A stretch of 63,473 bases of DNA, the filler included. It is 7 parts of 7 records of this genome, joined end to end, with 100 filler letters (N's around TTAATTAATTAA, not from the genome) between each part and the next. Parts side by side here need not be neighbours in the genome. Positions count along the whole stretch, not along the records: positions 1 to 9,296 come from SRR20825010_2314; positions 9,397 to 19,890 come from SRR20825010_2316; 5 more parts are not named here. One strand, 5' to 3'. The notes beneath the pieces were generated by a model. That model made no database searches. It saw only the letters and a program-made list of their open reading frames with translations, and was not told the origin of the DNA. The translations under genes and the position numbers were made by a program. Below are positions 1-10,057 of this stretch, in pieces. How positions within the stretch are numbered: the stretch's first letter is position 1; every line of letters starts with the position of its first letter.

Positions 1-1
1 C

Positions 2-646
2 GGCGAGACCGCGGAAATGCCGGGCATGTACGAAGGGGACGACTACGATCTGGCCGGTTTCTGTGTCGGTGTGGCGGAGCGCAGCGAGATCATTGATGGC
101 AGCCACGTGCAGGCTGGCGACGTTCTGCTCGCCCTGGGTTCTTCCGGCCCGCATTCCAATGGTTACTCCCTGATCCGCAAGATTCTGGAAGTCAGTAACG
201 CTGACCTGAACCAGACGGTTGCCGACGTTACCCTCGCGGATGCCCTGATGGCGCCCACCCGCATTTACGTGAAAAACCTGCTCCAGCTCGTCCGCGAAGT
301 GGACGTTCGTGCGCTGTCCCACATCACTGGCGGCGGCCTTCCGGAGAACATTCCCCGGGTTCTGCCTGATGGCATGGTTGCAGCCATCGATACGGACAGC
401 TGGCAGCTACCCCCGGTGTTCCAATGGCTGAAGGATGCCGGCGGCGTTGCCAGCGAAGAAATGTACCGCACCTTCAACTGTGGCGTCGGTATGGTTGTAT
501 GTATCCCTGCCAACCAGCGCGAACTGGCCCTCGATACGCTGAACGCTCTGGGCGAAAAAGTCTGGCAGGTCGGCATCATTGAAGCCTCTGACGACGCCAC
601 GGCCTCTGCATCAGTACGTTATGCGCCAGGGCTGTTGTCGGCATGA
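2..646 (+). CDS. purM: Phosphoribosylformylglycinamidine cyclo-ligase (5'-truncated)
   Basis: [28 protein letters not shown] and EMYRTFNCG motifs; frame open to window edge; overlaps purN start. Confidence 0.96.
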   Translation, partial: GETAEMPGMYEGDDYDLAGFCVGVAERSEIIDGSHVQAGDVLLALGSSGPHSNGYSLIRKILEVSNADLNQTVADVTLADALMAPTRIYVKNLLQLVREVDVRALSHITGGGLPENIPRVLPDGMVAAIDTDSWQLPPVFQWLKDAGGVASEEMYRTFNCGVGMVVCIPANQRELALDTLNALGEKVWQVGIIEASDDATASASVRYAPGLLSA

Positions 647-1308
647 AGGCAGATTCCGTAACCGCCCCACGCATCCTGGTCCTGGCTTCCGGCAGCGGCA
701 CCAACCTTCAGGCTCTCATCAACGCCAGCCGGGAGCGGGACTTTCCCGGCCAGATCGTTGCGGTAGGGTGCAACCGCCCTGGCGCCTTCGCTCTGGAGAG
801 GGCAGCCCAGGCCAACATCGACACCTTCACCGTGGATCACACCCATTACGGTTCCCGCGAGGAGTTCGACGGCGCACTGATGGCGGAGATTCGCCGTCAC
901 AACCCGGACCTGATCGTCCTGGCGGGCTTCATGCGCATCCTGACCACGGATTTCGTGCGGGCACTGCGTGGCACCATGCTCAACGTGCACCCTTCCCTGC
1001 TGCCCAAGTACACCGGGCTGAAGACCCATCAGCGTGCACTGGACGCTGGCGAAACAACCCACGGCGTGTCCATTCATTTTGTCACCGAAGAACTGGATGG
1101 CGGGCCGGTGATTGCCCAGGCAGAAGTGAGCATCTCCCCGGACGACACCCCGGAATCCCTGGCCGAGAAAGTCCAGGAGAAAGAACACGTGCTTTACCCA
1201 ATCGTCGTGCGCTGGTTCTGTGAGGGACGGATTCAACTGGGCACCGACTACGTCGTGTTCGACGGTCAGCCACTGAATCGACCGGTGGTACTTCCGGACG
1301 AGAACTAA
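643..1308 (+). CDS. purN: Phosphoribosylglycinamide formyltransferase
   Basis: [33 protein letters not shown] motifs; ATGA overlap with purM. Confidence 0.96.
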   Translation: MKADSVTAPRILVLASGSGTNLQALINASRERDFPGQIVAVGCNRPGAFALERAAQANIDTFTVDHTHYGSREEFDGALMAEIRRHNPDLIVLAGFMRILTTDFVRALRGTMLNVHPSLLPKYTGLKTHQRALDAGETTHGVSIHFVTEELDGGPVIAQAEVSISPDDTPESLAEKVQEKEHVLYPIVVRWFCEGRIQLGTDYVVFDGQPLNRPVVLPDEN

Positions 1309-1406
1309 GCGGCCTCGGCCTGAGTAAACTTATCGTCATCTCCGGAATCAACCAGTCACGCTAGACTGTTCAGTGACAGATCTGCCATTGCAACCGGAGG
1401 AGTCGC

Positions 1407-2147
1407 ATGCCCCTGAAATTCAGCCTCACAGCGTTGCCCGCCCTGTTAACCGGGGCGCTGCTTCTCGGAGCCACGCTCGCACACGCCTCAGACGAGCCGG
1501 AGGACGTCACCCTCCAACCCATGAAGCTCAGCTACAACGCGTCCCTGGACAAGGGCATCTCTCTCAATGGTGATGCCCGCCGCAGTCTGGAGCAACGGGA
1601 CGATGGCACCTGGCGTTTCCGAACGGACGTGGATTCCTTTGTTGCAGACATTGACGAATCGCTGATCTTCCGCTGGGAAGACAATCAGGTGGTTCCCCTG
1701 CGTTACCGCTACAAGCTCTCCGGCCTCTTCATCCGGGACCGTGAGGAAGCGATCGATTTTGACTGGGAAAATAACGTAGTCAGCGGGCATCACGAAGGCG
1801 ATAAGTTTTCGATGAAGCTGGAGAAAGGCGCCATGGACCCCATGGGCTATCAACTGCAGCTAAGCCAGGACATCAAGGCCGGCAAGCGCGAGATGGAATA
1901 CCGCGTCATCGACAAGGGCGACTACGACACCGACAAATTCGCCGTCGTTGACGAGGAAACCGTGCGCATCAACGGCGACGACATCCGCACACTTAAGGCC
2001 GAGAAAGTTCGCGACAGCGACAGCAAACGCGAGTCCCTGATGTGGTTCGCGCCGGAGCGTGACTATCTGCTGATTCGCTTCCTCCAGGTAGAACCTGACG
2101 GCAGCGAGTACGAACTGACCATCAGCGACGCCAAGGTGGGCCGCTAG
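1407..2147 (+). CDS. DUF3108-like exported protein
   Basis: Signal-peptide-like N-terminus (LAHA/S), beta-rich body, WFAP motif; GGAGGAG RBS; usual position after purMN. Confidence 0.7.
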   Translation: MPLKFSLTALPALLTGALLLGATLAHASDEPEDVTLQPMKLSYNASLDKGISLNGDARRSLEQRDDGTWRFRTDVDSFVADIDESLIFRWEDNQVVPLRYRYKLSGLFIRDREEAIDFDWENNVVSGHHEGDKFSMKLEKGAMDPMGYQLQLSQDIKAGKREMEYRVIDKGDYDTDKFAVVDEETVRINGDDIRTLKAEKVRDSDSKRESLMWFAPERDYLLIRFLQVEPDGSEYELTISDAKVGR

Positions 2148-2156
2148 AGCGGTGAG

Positions 2157-3428
2157 TTACGGGCTGGCCGTCGCCCATACAGACTTCACCTCATCCGCGA
2201 TGATTCGCAGCCCCTCCGCCACACGCTCATCGTCCTGTGAGTAGGTCACCCGCAGGCATTCGTGGCGGTGCTTCCAGCCGTCTTCCGGCAAACCGGGGAA
2301 GAAGTAGTGCCCCGAGACCACCAGCACGCCCCGCGCTTTCAGCCGCTGATACAGCTCCAGACTGCTGATCGGCAGCCCCGGAAACCAGAGCCAGAGAAAC
2401 ATGGCGCCTTCGGGTTTATGGACGTACCAGCGACAGCTGTCCTCGCCCATGGCATCCCGGAACACCGCCACCGCCCGCTCCATTTTCGCCTTGTAGAACG
2501 GGCAGACCACATCCCGGCTGAGAGACAGGATTTCTCCTGAGCGCACCAGAGGCTCCGCCAGCATGGCGCCAAAGCTACCAGTGGCAAGGTTCATGATGGC
2601 ATTGATGCCCGACAAGGCCTTGATCACCGGCTCCGCCGCAATAACGATGCCCGTACGCACGGCCGGCAGGCCAAACTTTGACAGACTCAGGCACAGGATC
2701 ACCTGGTCGTTCCAGTGGGGTGTCGCATCCACAAACAGCAGGCTTGGAAACGGTGTACCGTAGGCTCCATCCACAATCAGCGGGATGTCGTGCTGGCGGG
2801 CCATGGCTTCCAACCGGGCCAGCTCTTCGTCGGTGACCACATTTCCAGTGGGGTTCGTGGGCCGGGAAACGCAGATGGCGCCGGTTTCAGCCGTTACCTC
2901 AACCGCATCGAAATCCACCCGGTATTTGAACTCATGGGCGTCGGTGAATGAGATATCCGGCTGCACGGCGTGGAACAGCCCGGGCTCAATACCGGCATCG
3001 GCATAGCCTATGTACTCTGGCGCCAGTGGCAACAGGACATGCTTGTGCACCCCATCACCATAGTCACCACCAAACATATTGAACAGCATGAAAAACGCGG
3101 CCTGACTGCCATTGGTCAGGGCAATATTTTCCGGCTTCAATCCCCAGCCATACTCACGATTCAGAAGCTCAGCCAAGGAGGCAATGAACTGCTTCTCACC
3201 CTGGGGCGGGTCATAAATACCAACCAGCCTGCGCGTATCACCATCACTTTGGGCCATGTCGGCCAGTATCTGCTGGACCCGAGCCTGAATCTCGGGAATA
3301 TGGCCGGGATTGCCCCCACCCATCATGATCATGTCGTCGCCGGACGCCAGGGCGTTGCCAAGGTCATCCATCAGGGAGGTGATTCCCGCATCCGCGGTAA
3401 ATTTCCGACCAAAGGAAGAGAGTTTCAT
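2157..3428 (-). CDS. avtA: Valine--pyruvate aminotransferase (PLP-dependent)
   Basis: MKLSSFG...GITSLMDDL, GGGNP, SRPTNPTGN, SLSKFGLP; start placed at MKLSS. Confidence 0.9.
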   Translation of the reverse strand: MKLSSFGRKFTADAGITSLMDDLGNALASGDDMIMMGGGNPGHIPEIQARVQQILADMAQSDGDTRRLVGIYDPPQGEKQFIASLAELLNREYGWGLKPENIALTNGSQAAFFMLFNMFGGDYGDGVHKHVLLPLAPEYIGYADAGIEPGLFHAVQPDISFTDAHEFKYRVDFDAVEVTAETGAICVSRPTNPTGNVVTDEELARLEAMARQHDIPLIVDGAYGTPFPSLLFVDATPHWNDQVILCLSLSKFGLPAVRTGIVIAAEPVIKALSGINAIMNLATGSFGAMLAEPLVRSGEILSLSRDVVCPFYKAKMERAVAVFRDAMGEDSCRWYVHKPEGAMFLWLWFPGLPISSLELYQRLKARGVLVVSGHYFFPGLPEDGWKHRHECLRVTYSQDDERVAEGLRIIADEVKSVWATASP

Positions 3429-3497
3429 GATGCTTTTCTGTACCGGATTAGAACGGATTGTCATCCAAGTGTAGGCCAGAGCCAGCAGCGCTGCCGG

Positions 3498-4097
3498 TCA
3501 GTCGCTCAGCGAGATGCCCAGGTTGCTCACACCGTCGTTGGCGGCATCGCCGTGGATGCGTTCAACAAACTGGCTGGTGGGCGTGCGCTGGCGTTTGAGG
3601 GCCAGGATCAGGTCGCGCTGGAATACCTTGTCTTCTTTCATCAGCGGGTGCTGGTCCAATAGCCTGACCAGCTCATCTTCTTCCAGATCTTCACCTTCAG
3701 AAAGCTCAACAAAGTTCATGACGGTCGCGGTGGCCATCTGGGAGGCGTCGGTTGCACGGTGCTTGCCCGGATTGAGCCGGTTCAGCAATGCCTGTTCCAG
3801 CAACTGGCAAAAATCAAAGGCAGGATAGACACCGTAAGCGTCATAGGCGTTCACATCTGGCGACAGCGATTCGAGTTTCGCCAGCAATTGGGGAATGGCC
3901 GCTTCGGAAACATCCTTTTGCAGCATTTCCCAGCCAAGATCGAGCAATTGGCGCATTTTCGCACCGGTTTTGAGCCCAACGGCGTCCGCAAACAGGGCGT
4001 AATTGGGGAAGGAGCGCTCAGCGAGGGCCATAAGGAAGGTAAATTCCCGCCAGCCCTGCAGTTGTGAGACAGCTTTCAGAAACTGATTGGCGTTCAC
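3498..4097 (-). CDS. YjaG/DUF416 family protein
   Basis: ALAERSFPNYALF and YDAYGVYPAFD motifs; C-terminal GVSNLGI. Confidence 0.8.
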   Translation of the reverse strand: MNANQFLKAVSQLQGWREFTFLMALAERSFPNYALFADAVGLKTGAKMRQLLDLGWEMLQKDVSEAAIPQLLAKLESLSPDVNAYDAYGVYPAFDFCQLLEQALLNRLNPGKHRATDASQMATATVMNFVELSEGEDLEEDELVRLLDQHPLMKEDKVFQRDLILALKRQRTPTSQFVERIHGDAANDGVSNLGISLSD

Positions 4098-4152
4098 TGT
4101 GGCTCTCTCCTGACGATGTCACTTACCGGAATCGCCCCTGCGGCACTGCCAC

Positions 4153-4719
4153 TCATGTTCGCGGCAGGGTCACGCCTGTTTGCCCCAGGTACTTTCCGCC
4201 CCGGTCTTTGTAGCTGGTGTCGCAGATTTCATCAGACTCGAAGAACAGCATCTGGGCGACGCCTTCGTTGGCGTAGATTTTGGCCGGCAGGTTGGTGGTG
4301 TTGGAAAATTCCAGGGTGACCTGCCCTTCCCACTCGGGTTCCAGTGGTGTGACGTTGACGATGATGCCACACCGCGCGTAGGTGGATTTGCCCAGGCAGA
4401 TGGTCAGCACGCTGCGGGGGATACGAAAGTATTCCACGGTGCGCGCCAGGGCAAAGGAGTTGGGCGGGATGATGCAGACGTCGCCGGTGTAGTTGACGAA
4501 GCTGTTGTCGTCGAAGTTCTTCGGGTCCACGGTGGCGGAGTGGACGTTGGTGAAGATCTTGAATTCGTTGCTGCAACGGACATCGTAGCCGTAGCTGGAT
4601 GTGCCGTAGGAGATTACGCGGCCTTTTTCGGTTTCGCGGACCTGATCGTATTCAAAGGGTTCGATCATGCCGTGATCCCGGGACATCCGGCGAATCCAGT
4701 GGTCGGATTTGATGCTCAT
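4153..4719 (-). CDS. dcd: dCTP deaminase
   Basis: [33 protein letters not shown] motifs. Confidence 0.96.
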   Translation of the reverse strand: MSIKSDHWIRRMSRDHGMIEPFEYDQVRETEKGRVISYGTSSYGYDVRCSNEFKIFTNVHSATVDPKNFDDNSFVNYTGDVCIIPPNSFALARTVEYFRIPRSVLTICLGKSTYARCGIIVNVTPLEPEWEGQVTLEFSNTTNLPAKIYANEGVAQMLFFESDEICDTSYKDRGGKYLGQTGVTLPRT

Positions 4720-4823
4720 GGGTGACGTCTCGTATCCATAAAAAAGAGAGGCGGTAGTTTACCTGTTCACTTAATGACTGTCGAAGGCTTGGGCTCTGAA
4801 TTTGCTTCCTGGCTTCGGGGGCT

Positions 4824-4929
4824 GCCAGAACAGACGGGACCTTCCGAAACACGCCGTTGATACGTCCATGTAGGCTTGAGAAAAACATCCATGTTTTTCA
4901 CAGTTTCGGAAGGCCCCGTCTGTTCTGGC
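4824..4929. repeat. 106-bp palindromic intergenic element with 27-bp inverted arms and two internal TCCA-loop hairpins
   Basis: GCCAGAACAGACGGGACCTTCCGAAAC (4824-4850) matches the reverse complement of 4903-4929 at 26/27; inner TACG-TCCA-TGTA and GAAAAACA-TCCA-TGTTTTTC. Confidence 0.85.
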
Positions 4930-4986
4930 GATCCAGCTTTCGTGGTGGTCTATAGCTCAGCCCACCTATTGGTGTTGCGGGCTTTA

Positions 4987-6087
4987 CTAGTGTTCAGTGA
5001 CGGACACGCTGGAGATCGAACCGGTAAGGTTTCGCTCTCGTGTTGACAACTCCGCGCCAACCCGGCGGGCGATATCCTTGTAGCGCCTTGCCACTTCCGA
5101 ATCGGGTTCTGCCACCACAGACGGGGTGCCGCCGTCGGTCTGTTCGCGGATGGTCAGGTGCAGCGGGAGTTGGCCCAGCAGCGTGGTGTCGTATTCTTCG
5201 GCGATGCGTTCGCCGCCACCGTGGCCGAAAAGAGGTTCTTCGTGGCCGCAGTTGCTGCAGATGTGGACGCTCATGTTTTCCACCACGCCCAGCACGGATA
5301 TGTCCACCTTGCGGAACATTTCGATGCCTTTTTTGCCGTCCAGCAGGGCGATGTCCTGGGGTGTAGTGACGATGACGGCGCCGTTTACCGGGACTTTCTG
5401 GGCGATGGTGAGCTGGATGTCGCCCGTGCCCGGGGGCATGTCGAGGATGAGGTAGTCCAGTTCGTTCCACAGGGTCTGTTGCAGCAGTTGCATGACGGCG
5501 CCACTGACCATGGGGCCGCGCCAGACCATGGGGGTTTTATCGGTGACGACGAAGGCCATGGAGTTGGCCTGCAGGCCGTGAGCTTCCATGGGGACGAAGT
5601 ACTTGTTTTCCCGGGTGTCGGGGCGTTTGCCTTCGGGGACGCCCAGCATCATGCCGATGCTGGGGCCGTAAATGTCCGCGTCAAGGATGCCGACGCGGGC
5701 GCCTTCGGCTTGTAGCGCCAGGGCGAGGTTGACGGCGGTGGTGGATTTGCCCACGCCACCCTTGCCGGAGGCCACGGCAATGATGTTCTTGACGCCGGGA
5801 ACGGACTGGATGTCTTTCTGGCCTTTGTGGGAGTGGATTTTCTGTCCCACGTGGACATCAACACTCTCAACGCCATCAACGTCGTCGAGGGCGTTGGTGA
5901 GCAGCTCTTTCAGGGCGCCGGCGATGCCTTTGGACGGGTATGGCAATTCGATCATCACGGTGACCTTGCCGCTGTCGTCCGCGGTCAGGGATTTCACCGC
6001 ACCCAATTCATACAGGTCCTTGCCCAGGTAGGGGTCGCGGTACTGTTGTACGGCGGTTTCCAGTGCCTGCTGTGAAATCTGTGCCAT
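4987..6087 (-). CDS. apbC: Iron-sulfur cluster carrier ATPase ApbC/Mrp
   Basis: GKGGVGKST Walker A, DADIYGPS, WRGPM, DMPPGTGDIQL, ENMS-CSNC. Confidence 0.94.
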   Translation of the reverse strand: MAQISQQALETAVQQYRDPYLGKDLYELGAVKSLTADDSGKVTVMIELPYPSKGIAGALKELLTNALDDVDGVESVDVHVGQKIHSHKGQKDIQSVPGVKNIIAVASGKGGVGKSTTAVNLALALQAEGARVGILDADIYGPSIGMMLGVPEGKRPDTRENKYFVPMEAHGLQANSMAFVVTDKTPMVWRGPMVSGAVMQLLQQTLWNELDYLILDMPPGTGDIQLTIAQKVPVNGAVIVTTPQDIALLDGKKGIEMFRKVDISVLGVVENMSVHICSNCGHEEPLFGHGGGERIAEEYDTTLLGQLPLHLTIREQTDGGTPSVVAEPDSEVARRYKDIARRVGAELSTRERNLTGSISSVSVTEH

Positions 6088-6267
6088 CGGAATCTCCGGT
6101 CTAACGTCACGCGCATTTATTAGCGCGGAAACAGGTGTTTCGGGTGAAAATTATCTGCTCGGAAGGTATCATTTGTGCCCGTTTCTGGCCATAAGGGTTC
6201 TTTACCCGGAGCAAGGCCGGTAAACGCGAACGCCCAACTCCTGACGAATGAAGGTTCGGACCACAAC

Positions 6268-8301
6268 ATGACGCAAGCGAGTTCAAAGCAACAGCGCGAT
6301 ATTCTGGTAACCAGCGCCCTGCCGTACGCCAATGGCCCCATCCACCTGGGCCATCTGCTGGAATACATTCAGACGGATATCTGGGTGCGCTATCAGAAAA
6401 TGCGTGGCCAGAACTGCTACTACGTTTGCGCGGACGATGCTCATGGTACTGCCATTATGCTCCGTGCCGAGCGGGAAGGCATCTCTTCCGAAAACCTGAT
6501 TGATCGTATCCGGGACGAGCACCAGCAGGATTTCGGTGGTTTCCACATCCGCTTCGACAACTATTACACCACCCACTCCGAAGAGAACCGCCAGTTCTCG
6601 GAATACATCTATCGCCAGTTGCAGGAAAACGGCCACATCGCCACCCGCAAGATTACCCAGGCGTTCGATCCTGAAAAGAACATGTTCCTGGCGGACCGGT
6701 TCATTAAGGGCACCTGCCCCAAGTGCAAGACCGAAGACCAGTACGGCGACAACTGCGAAGCCTGTGGCGCCACCTATACCCCGGCTGAGCTGATCAATCC
6801 CCGCTCGGCGGTCTCCGGTGCCACGCCGGTAGACAAGGAATCCGAGCACTACTTCTTCCGCCTGCCGGAATTTGCGGACTTCCTCGCGAACTGGACCCGC
6901 AGCGGTACGCTGCAACCCCAGGTGGCCAATAAACTGGCCGAGTGGCTGGATGCGGGTCTGCAGGAATGGGACATCAGCCGCGATGCGCCCTATTTCGGCT
7001 TCGAGATTCCGGATGCACCCGGCAAGTACTTCTACGTCTGGCTCGACGCGCCCATTGGTTACCTCGCCAGTTTCAAGAACCTGTGCAACCGGGAAGGCAT
7101 TGATTTCGAGCATTTCTGGAAGGCGGATTCCACCGCCGAGGTGTACCACTTTATCGGCAAGGACATTATCAATTTCCACGCCCTGTTCTGGCCATCCATG
7201 CTGCACAGCGCCGGGTTCCGCACACCCAGTGCCGTCTGGGCCCATGGTTTCGTGACGGTAAATGGCAAGAAAATGTCCAAGTCCCGGGGCACGTTCATCA
7301 TGGCCCGGACCTATCTGGACCATCTGAATCCGGAATACCTGCGCTACTACTTCGCCGCCAAACTCACCGGCAGCGTCGACGATATGGACCTGAATCTGGA
7401 AGACTTCGCCGCGCGGGTGAACTCGGACCTGGTGGGCAAGGTCGTCAACATTGCCAGTCGCAGCGCCGGGTTCATCACCAAGCGCTTTGATGGCCAGCTC
7501 GGTACCGTCACCGAACATGAAAAGCTGAAAGAGTTTATCGAGGCCGGCGATGAGATCGCGGACTTTTTCGAAGCCCGGGAGTTCGGCCGCGCCATGCGTA
7601 GAATCATGGAACTGGCTGACATCGCCAACCAGTACGTGAATGACGAGCAGCCCTGGGTCATTGCCAAGCAGGACGGCCAGGACGACAACCTGCAGGCCAT
7701 CTGCACCAACGCCATCAACATGTTCCACCTGCTGATGACTTACCTTGCGCCGGTTCTGCCGAAAACCGCCAAGGCTTCCGAGACATTCCTGAATGCGCCG
7801 CTGGACTGGAACAAGCGCGAGCAACGGCTTGAGAATCACGGCATCAACAAGTTCAAGCCGCTGATGAACCGCGTGGATATGGCTCAGATCGAAAAAATGC
7901 TGGACGCGTCCAAGGAAGAAATGCCCGCAGCGACAGGACAGAAGGCCCCGGAAGCCAATCTCGAGCCGATTGCGGATGAAATAGAATTCGGGGATTTCGC
8001 GAAGGTGGATCTTCGGGTCGTCAGGATTGTCAAAGCCGAACACGTGGACGGCGCCGACAAGCTGCTTCGCCTTACCCTTGACGTTGGAGAGGGCGAGCGC
8101 AACGTCTTTGCCGGCATCAAGTCGGCGTACAAACCTGAGGAGCTCGAAGGACGCCTGACGGTGATGGTGGCCAACCTCAAGCCCCGAAAGATGAAATTCG
8201 GGATGTCAGAGGGCATGGTGCTGGCGGCCGGCCCCGGCGGAAAAGACATTTTCATCCTGTCACCGGATTCGGGCGCCACGCCCGGCATGCGGATTATGTA
8301 A
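6268..8301 (+). CDS. metG: Methionine--tRNA ligase with C-terminal tRNA-binding domain
   Basis: [11 protein letters not shown], Zn knuckle CPKC/CEAC, KMSKS; start placed at ATG 6268. Confidence 0.97.
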   Translation: MTQASSKQQRDILVTSALPYANGPIHLGHLLEYIQTDIWVRYQKMRGQNCYYVCADDAHGTAIMLRAEREGISSENLIDRIRDEHQQDFGGFHIRFDNYYTTHSEENRQFSEYIYRQLQENGHIATRKITQAFDPEKNMFLADRFIKGTCPKCKTEDQYGDNCEACGATYTPAELINPRSAVSGATPVDKESEHYFFRLPEFADFLANWTRSGTLQPQVANKLAEWLDAGLQEWDISRDAPYFGFEIPDAPGKYFYVWLDAPIGYLASFKNLCNREGIDFEHFWKADSTAEVYHFIGKDIINFHALFWPSMLHSAGFRTPSAVWAHGFVTVNGKKMSKSRGTFIMARTYLDHLNPEYLRYYFAAKLTGSVDDMDLNLEDFAARVNSDLVGKVVNIASRSAGFITKRFDGQLGTVTEHEKLKEFIEAGDEIADFFEAREFGRAMRRIMELADIANQYVNDEQPWVIAKQDGQDDNLQAICTNAINMFHLLMTYLAPVLPKTAKASETFLNAPLDWNKREQRLENHGINKFKPLMNRVDMAQIEKMLDASKEEMPAATGQKAPEANLEPIADEIEFGDFAKVDLRVVRIVKAEHVDGADKLLRLTLDVGEGERNVFAGIKSAYKPEELEGRLTVMVANLKPRKMKFGMSEGMVLAAGPGGKDIFILSPDSGATPGMRIM

Positions 8302-8313
8302 TGGCGCGCTCTG

Positions 8314-8895
8314 ATGACTGAGTATCTGCTGATCCTGGTCAGCACCATACTGGTGAACAATTTTGTGCTGGTTCAGTTTCTTGGACTGTGCCCGTTCATG
8401 GGCGTATCCGGGAAGCTGGAAACCGCCATGGGCATGTCATTGGCCACCACGTTTGTGCTGACCCTGGCCTCGGTGTGCAGCTACCTGGCGTATACCTACC
8501 TGCTGGAGCCGCTGGACCTGGCGTTCCTGAAAACCATCACGTTCATCCTGGTCATCGCCGTTGTGGTGCAGTTCACGGAGATGGTGGTGCGCAAGACCAG
8601 CCCCCTGCTCTATCGGGTATTGGGCATTTTCCTGCCGTTGATCACCACCAACTGTGCGGTTCTGGGTGTTGCCCTGCTCAACCTCAACAAGAACAATAAC
8701 TTCGTGGAGTCTGTCCTGTACGGATTCGGCGCCGCCGCCGGCTTTTCGCTGGTGCTGGTGCTGTTTGCTGCCATGCGTGAACGCATCGCCGTGGCCGATG
8801 TTCCGGTTGCCTTCCGGGGCGCCGCCATTGGCATGGTCACCGCCGGGTTGATGTCTCTGGCTTTCCTGGGCTTTACTGGTCTGGTCAGCGTCTGA
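8314..8895 (+). CDS. rsxA: Rnf/Rsx electron transport complex subunit A
   Basis: [16 protein letters not shown] and [12 protein letters not shown]; hydrophobic. Confidence 0.95.
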   Translation: MTEYLLILVSTILVNNFVLVQFLGLCPFMGVSGKLETAMGMSLATTFVLTLASVCSYLAYTYLLEPLDLAFLKTITFILVIAVVVQFTEMVVRKTSPLLYRVLGIFLPLITTNCAVLGVALLNLNKNNNFVESVLYGFGAAAGFSLVLVLFAAMRERIAVADVPVAFRGAAIGMVTAGLMSLAFLGFTGLVSV

Positions 8896-8910
8896 CGGAG
8901 CGTTTGTATT

Positions 8911-9296
8911 ATGTGGACGAGCATACTGATTGCCGTACTGGTTCTGCTCGCGCTGGCGGTTGTGTTCGGCGGCCTGCTGGGCTTTGCCGCAGAGCGCTTT
9001 CGGGTGGAAGGCAACCCGTTGGTGGACCAGATTGACTCCATGCTTCCCCAAACCCAGTGCGGCCAGTGTGGTTTTCCCGGCTGCCGTCCCTACGCCGAAT
9101 CCATTGCCAACGGCGATGCCATCAACAAATGCCCTCCGGGCGGTGAAACCACCATCAAGGCACTGGCGGACCTGCTGGACGTGGAGCCACAACCGCTGGA
9201 CGCGGAACACGGGGTGGAACAGGCCAAGCGCGTTGCGGTGATTCGCGAGGACGAGTGCATTGGTTGCACCAAGTGTATCCAGGCCTGCCCGGTGGA
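8911..9296 (+). CDS. rsxB: Rnf/Rsx complex subunit B (3'-truncated)
   Basis: [14 protein letters not shown] and [13 protein letters not shown]e-S motifs; cut by contig end. Confidence 0.93.
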
Positions 9297-9396
9297 NNNN
9301 NNNNNNNNNNNNNNNNNNNNNNNNNNNNNNNNNNNNNNNNTTAATTAATTAANNNNNNNNNNNNNNNNNNNNNNNNNNNNNNNNNNNNNNNNNNNN
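9297..9396. other. Artificial contig spacer
   Basis: 44 N + TTAATTAATTAA (stops in all frames) + 44 N. Confidence 0.99.
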
Positions 9397-9934
9397 AGAC
9401 GGTGATCTGTCCACGGCCGCGCCGTTTGGAGCGATACAGCGCGGTATCGGCGCTCTTGAGCAGTTCGGCGAACTGCTCACCGGCAAACGGATAGACGGCA
9501 AAACCGAACGAGGCAGAAAGACGGACATTGCGGTCGCCAAGATCGTAGGGAGCCGACAACACGTCCTTGAACATGCGGCCGATTTTCTCGGCGCCCTTCT
9601 TCTCGAAAACCAGCGGCAGGATGAAAGCGAACTCGTCGCTTTCGATGCGGGCGACAAAACCGCCATCGGGCAGGCAGGCCCGCAGCCGGTGCGCCACCTG
9701 GCACAGGATTTCGTCACCTGCGGCGTGACCGAACAGGTCGTTGATCGGCTTGAAGCCATCAATATTGGCGATGCCGATGGTAAATGGGGCCGGATCGTCG
9801 GCGCGCTCGGCCGCCAGCTTGCGGATCTTGTCCATCAGACGGCGACGATTTCCCAGCCCCGTCAAAGGGTCCGTGTAAGCCACGGCATTCGGGTTCGGGG
9901 ACAAAGCGTCCATGTTTGAATCTTCTGGAGTCAT
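9397..9934 (-). CDS. GGDEF-domain protein with degenerate active site (3'-truncated)
   Basis: TDPLTGLGNRR, FKPINDLFGHAAGD, ADTALYRSK; signature reads ESDEF; start uncertain (9934 or 9913). Confidence 0.85.
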
Positions 9935-10057
9935 CAATAAAAGCTGGTCCGCAGGAATGAATGTAACTTTTACAATTAAAATGCGGGAGATGTCTTAACA
10001 TTGTCCTATAACGGCACCGACTAGAAAACACTCGGGATTTTTGCGGCCATTGACGGC

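Noticed and set aside
4652..4888. 78-aa ORF across the palindromic element
   Set aside because: Overlaps dcd out of frame and derives from the repeat; no protein features
6283..8043. 586-aa ORF antisense to metG
   Set aside because: Shadow ORF from codon bias in a GC-rich gene; no recognisable motifs
9961..10000. TTAA half-sites upstream of the GGDEF gene as a second CtrA box
   Set aside because: Spacing does not fit TTAA-N7-TTAA
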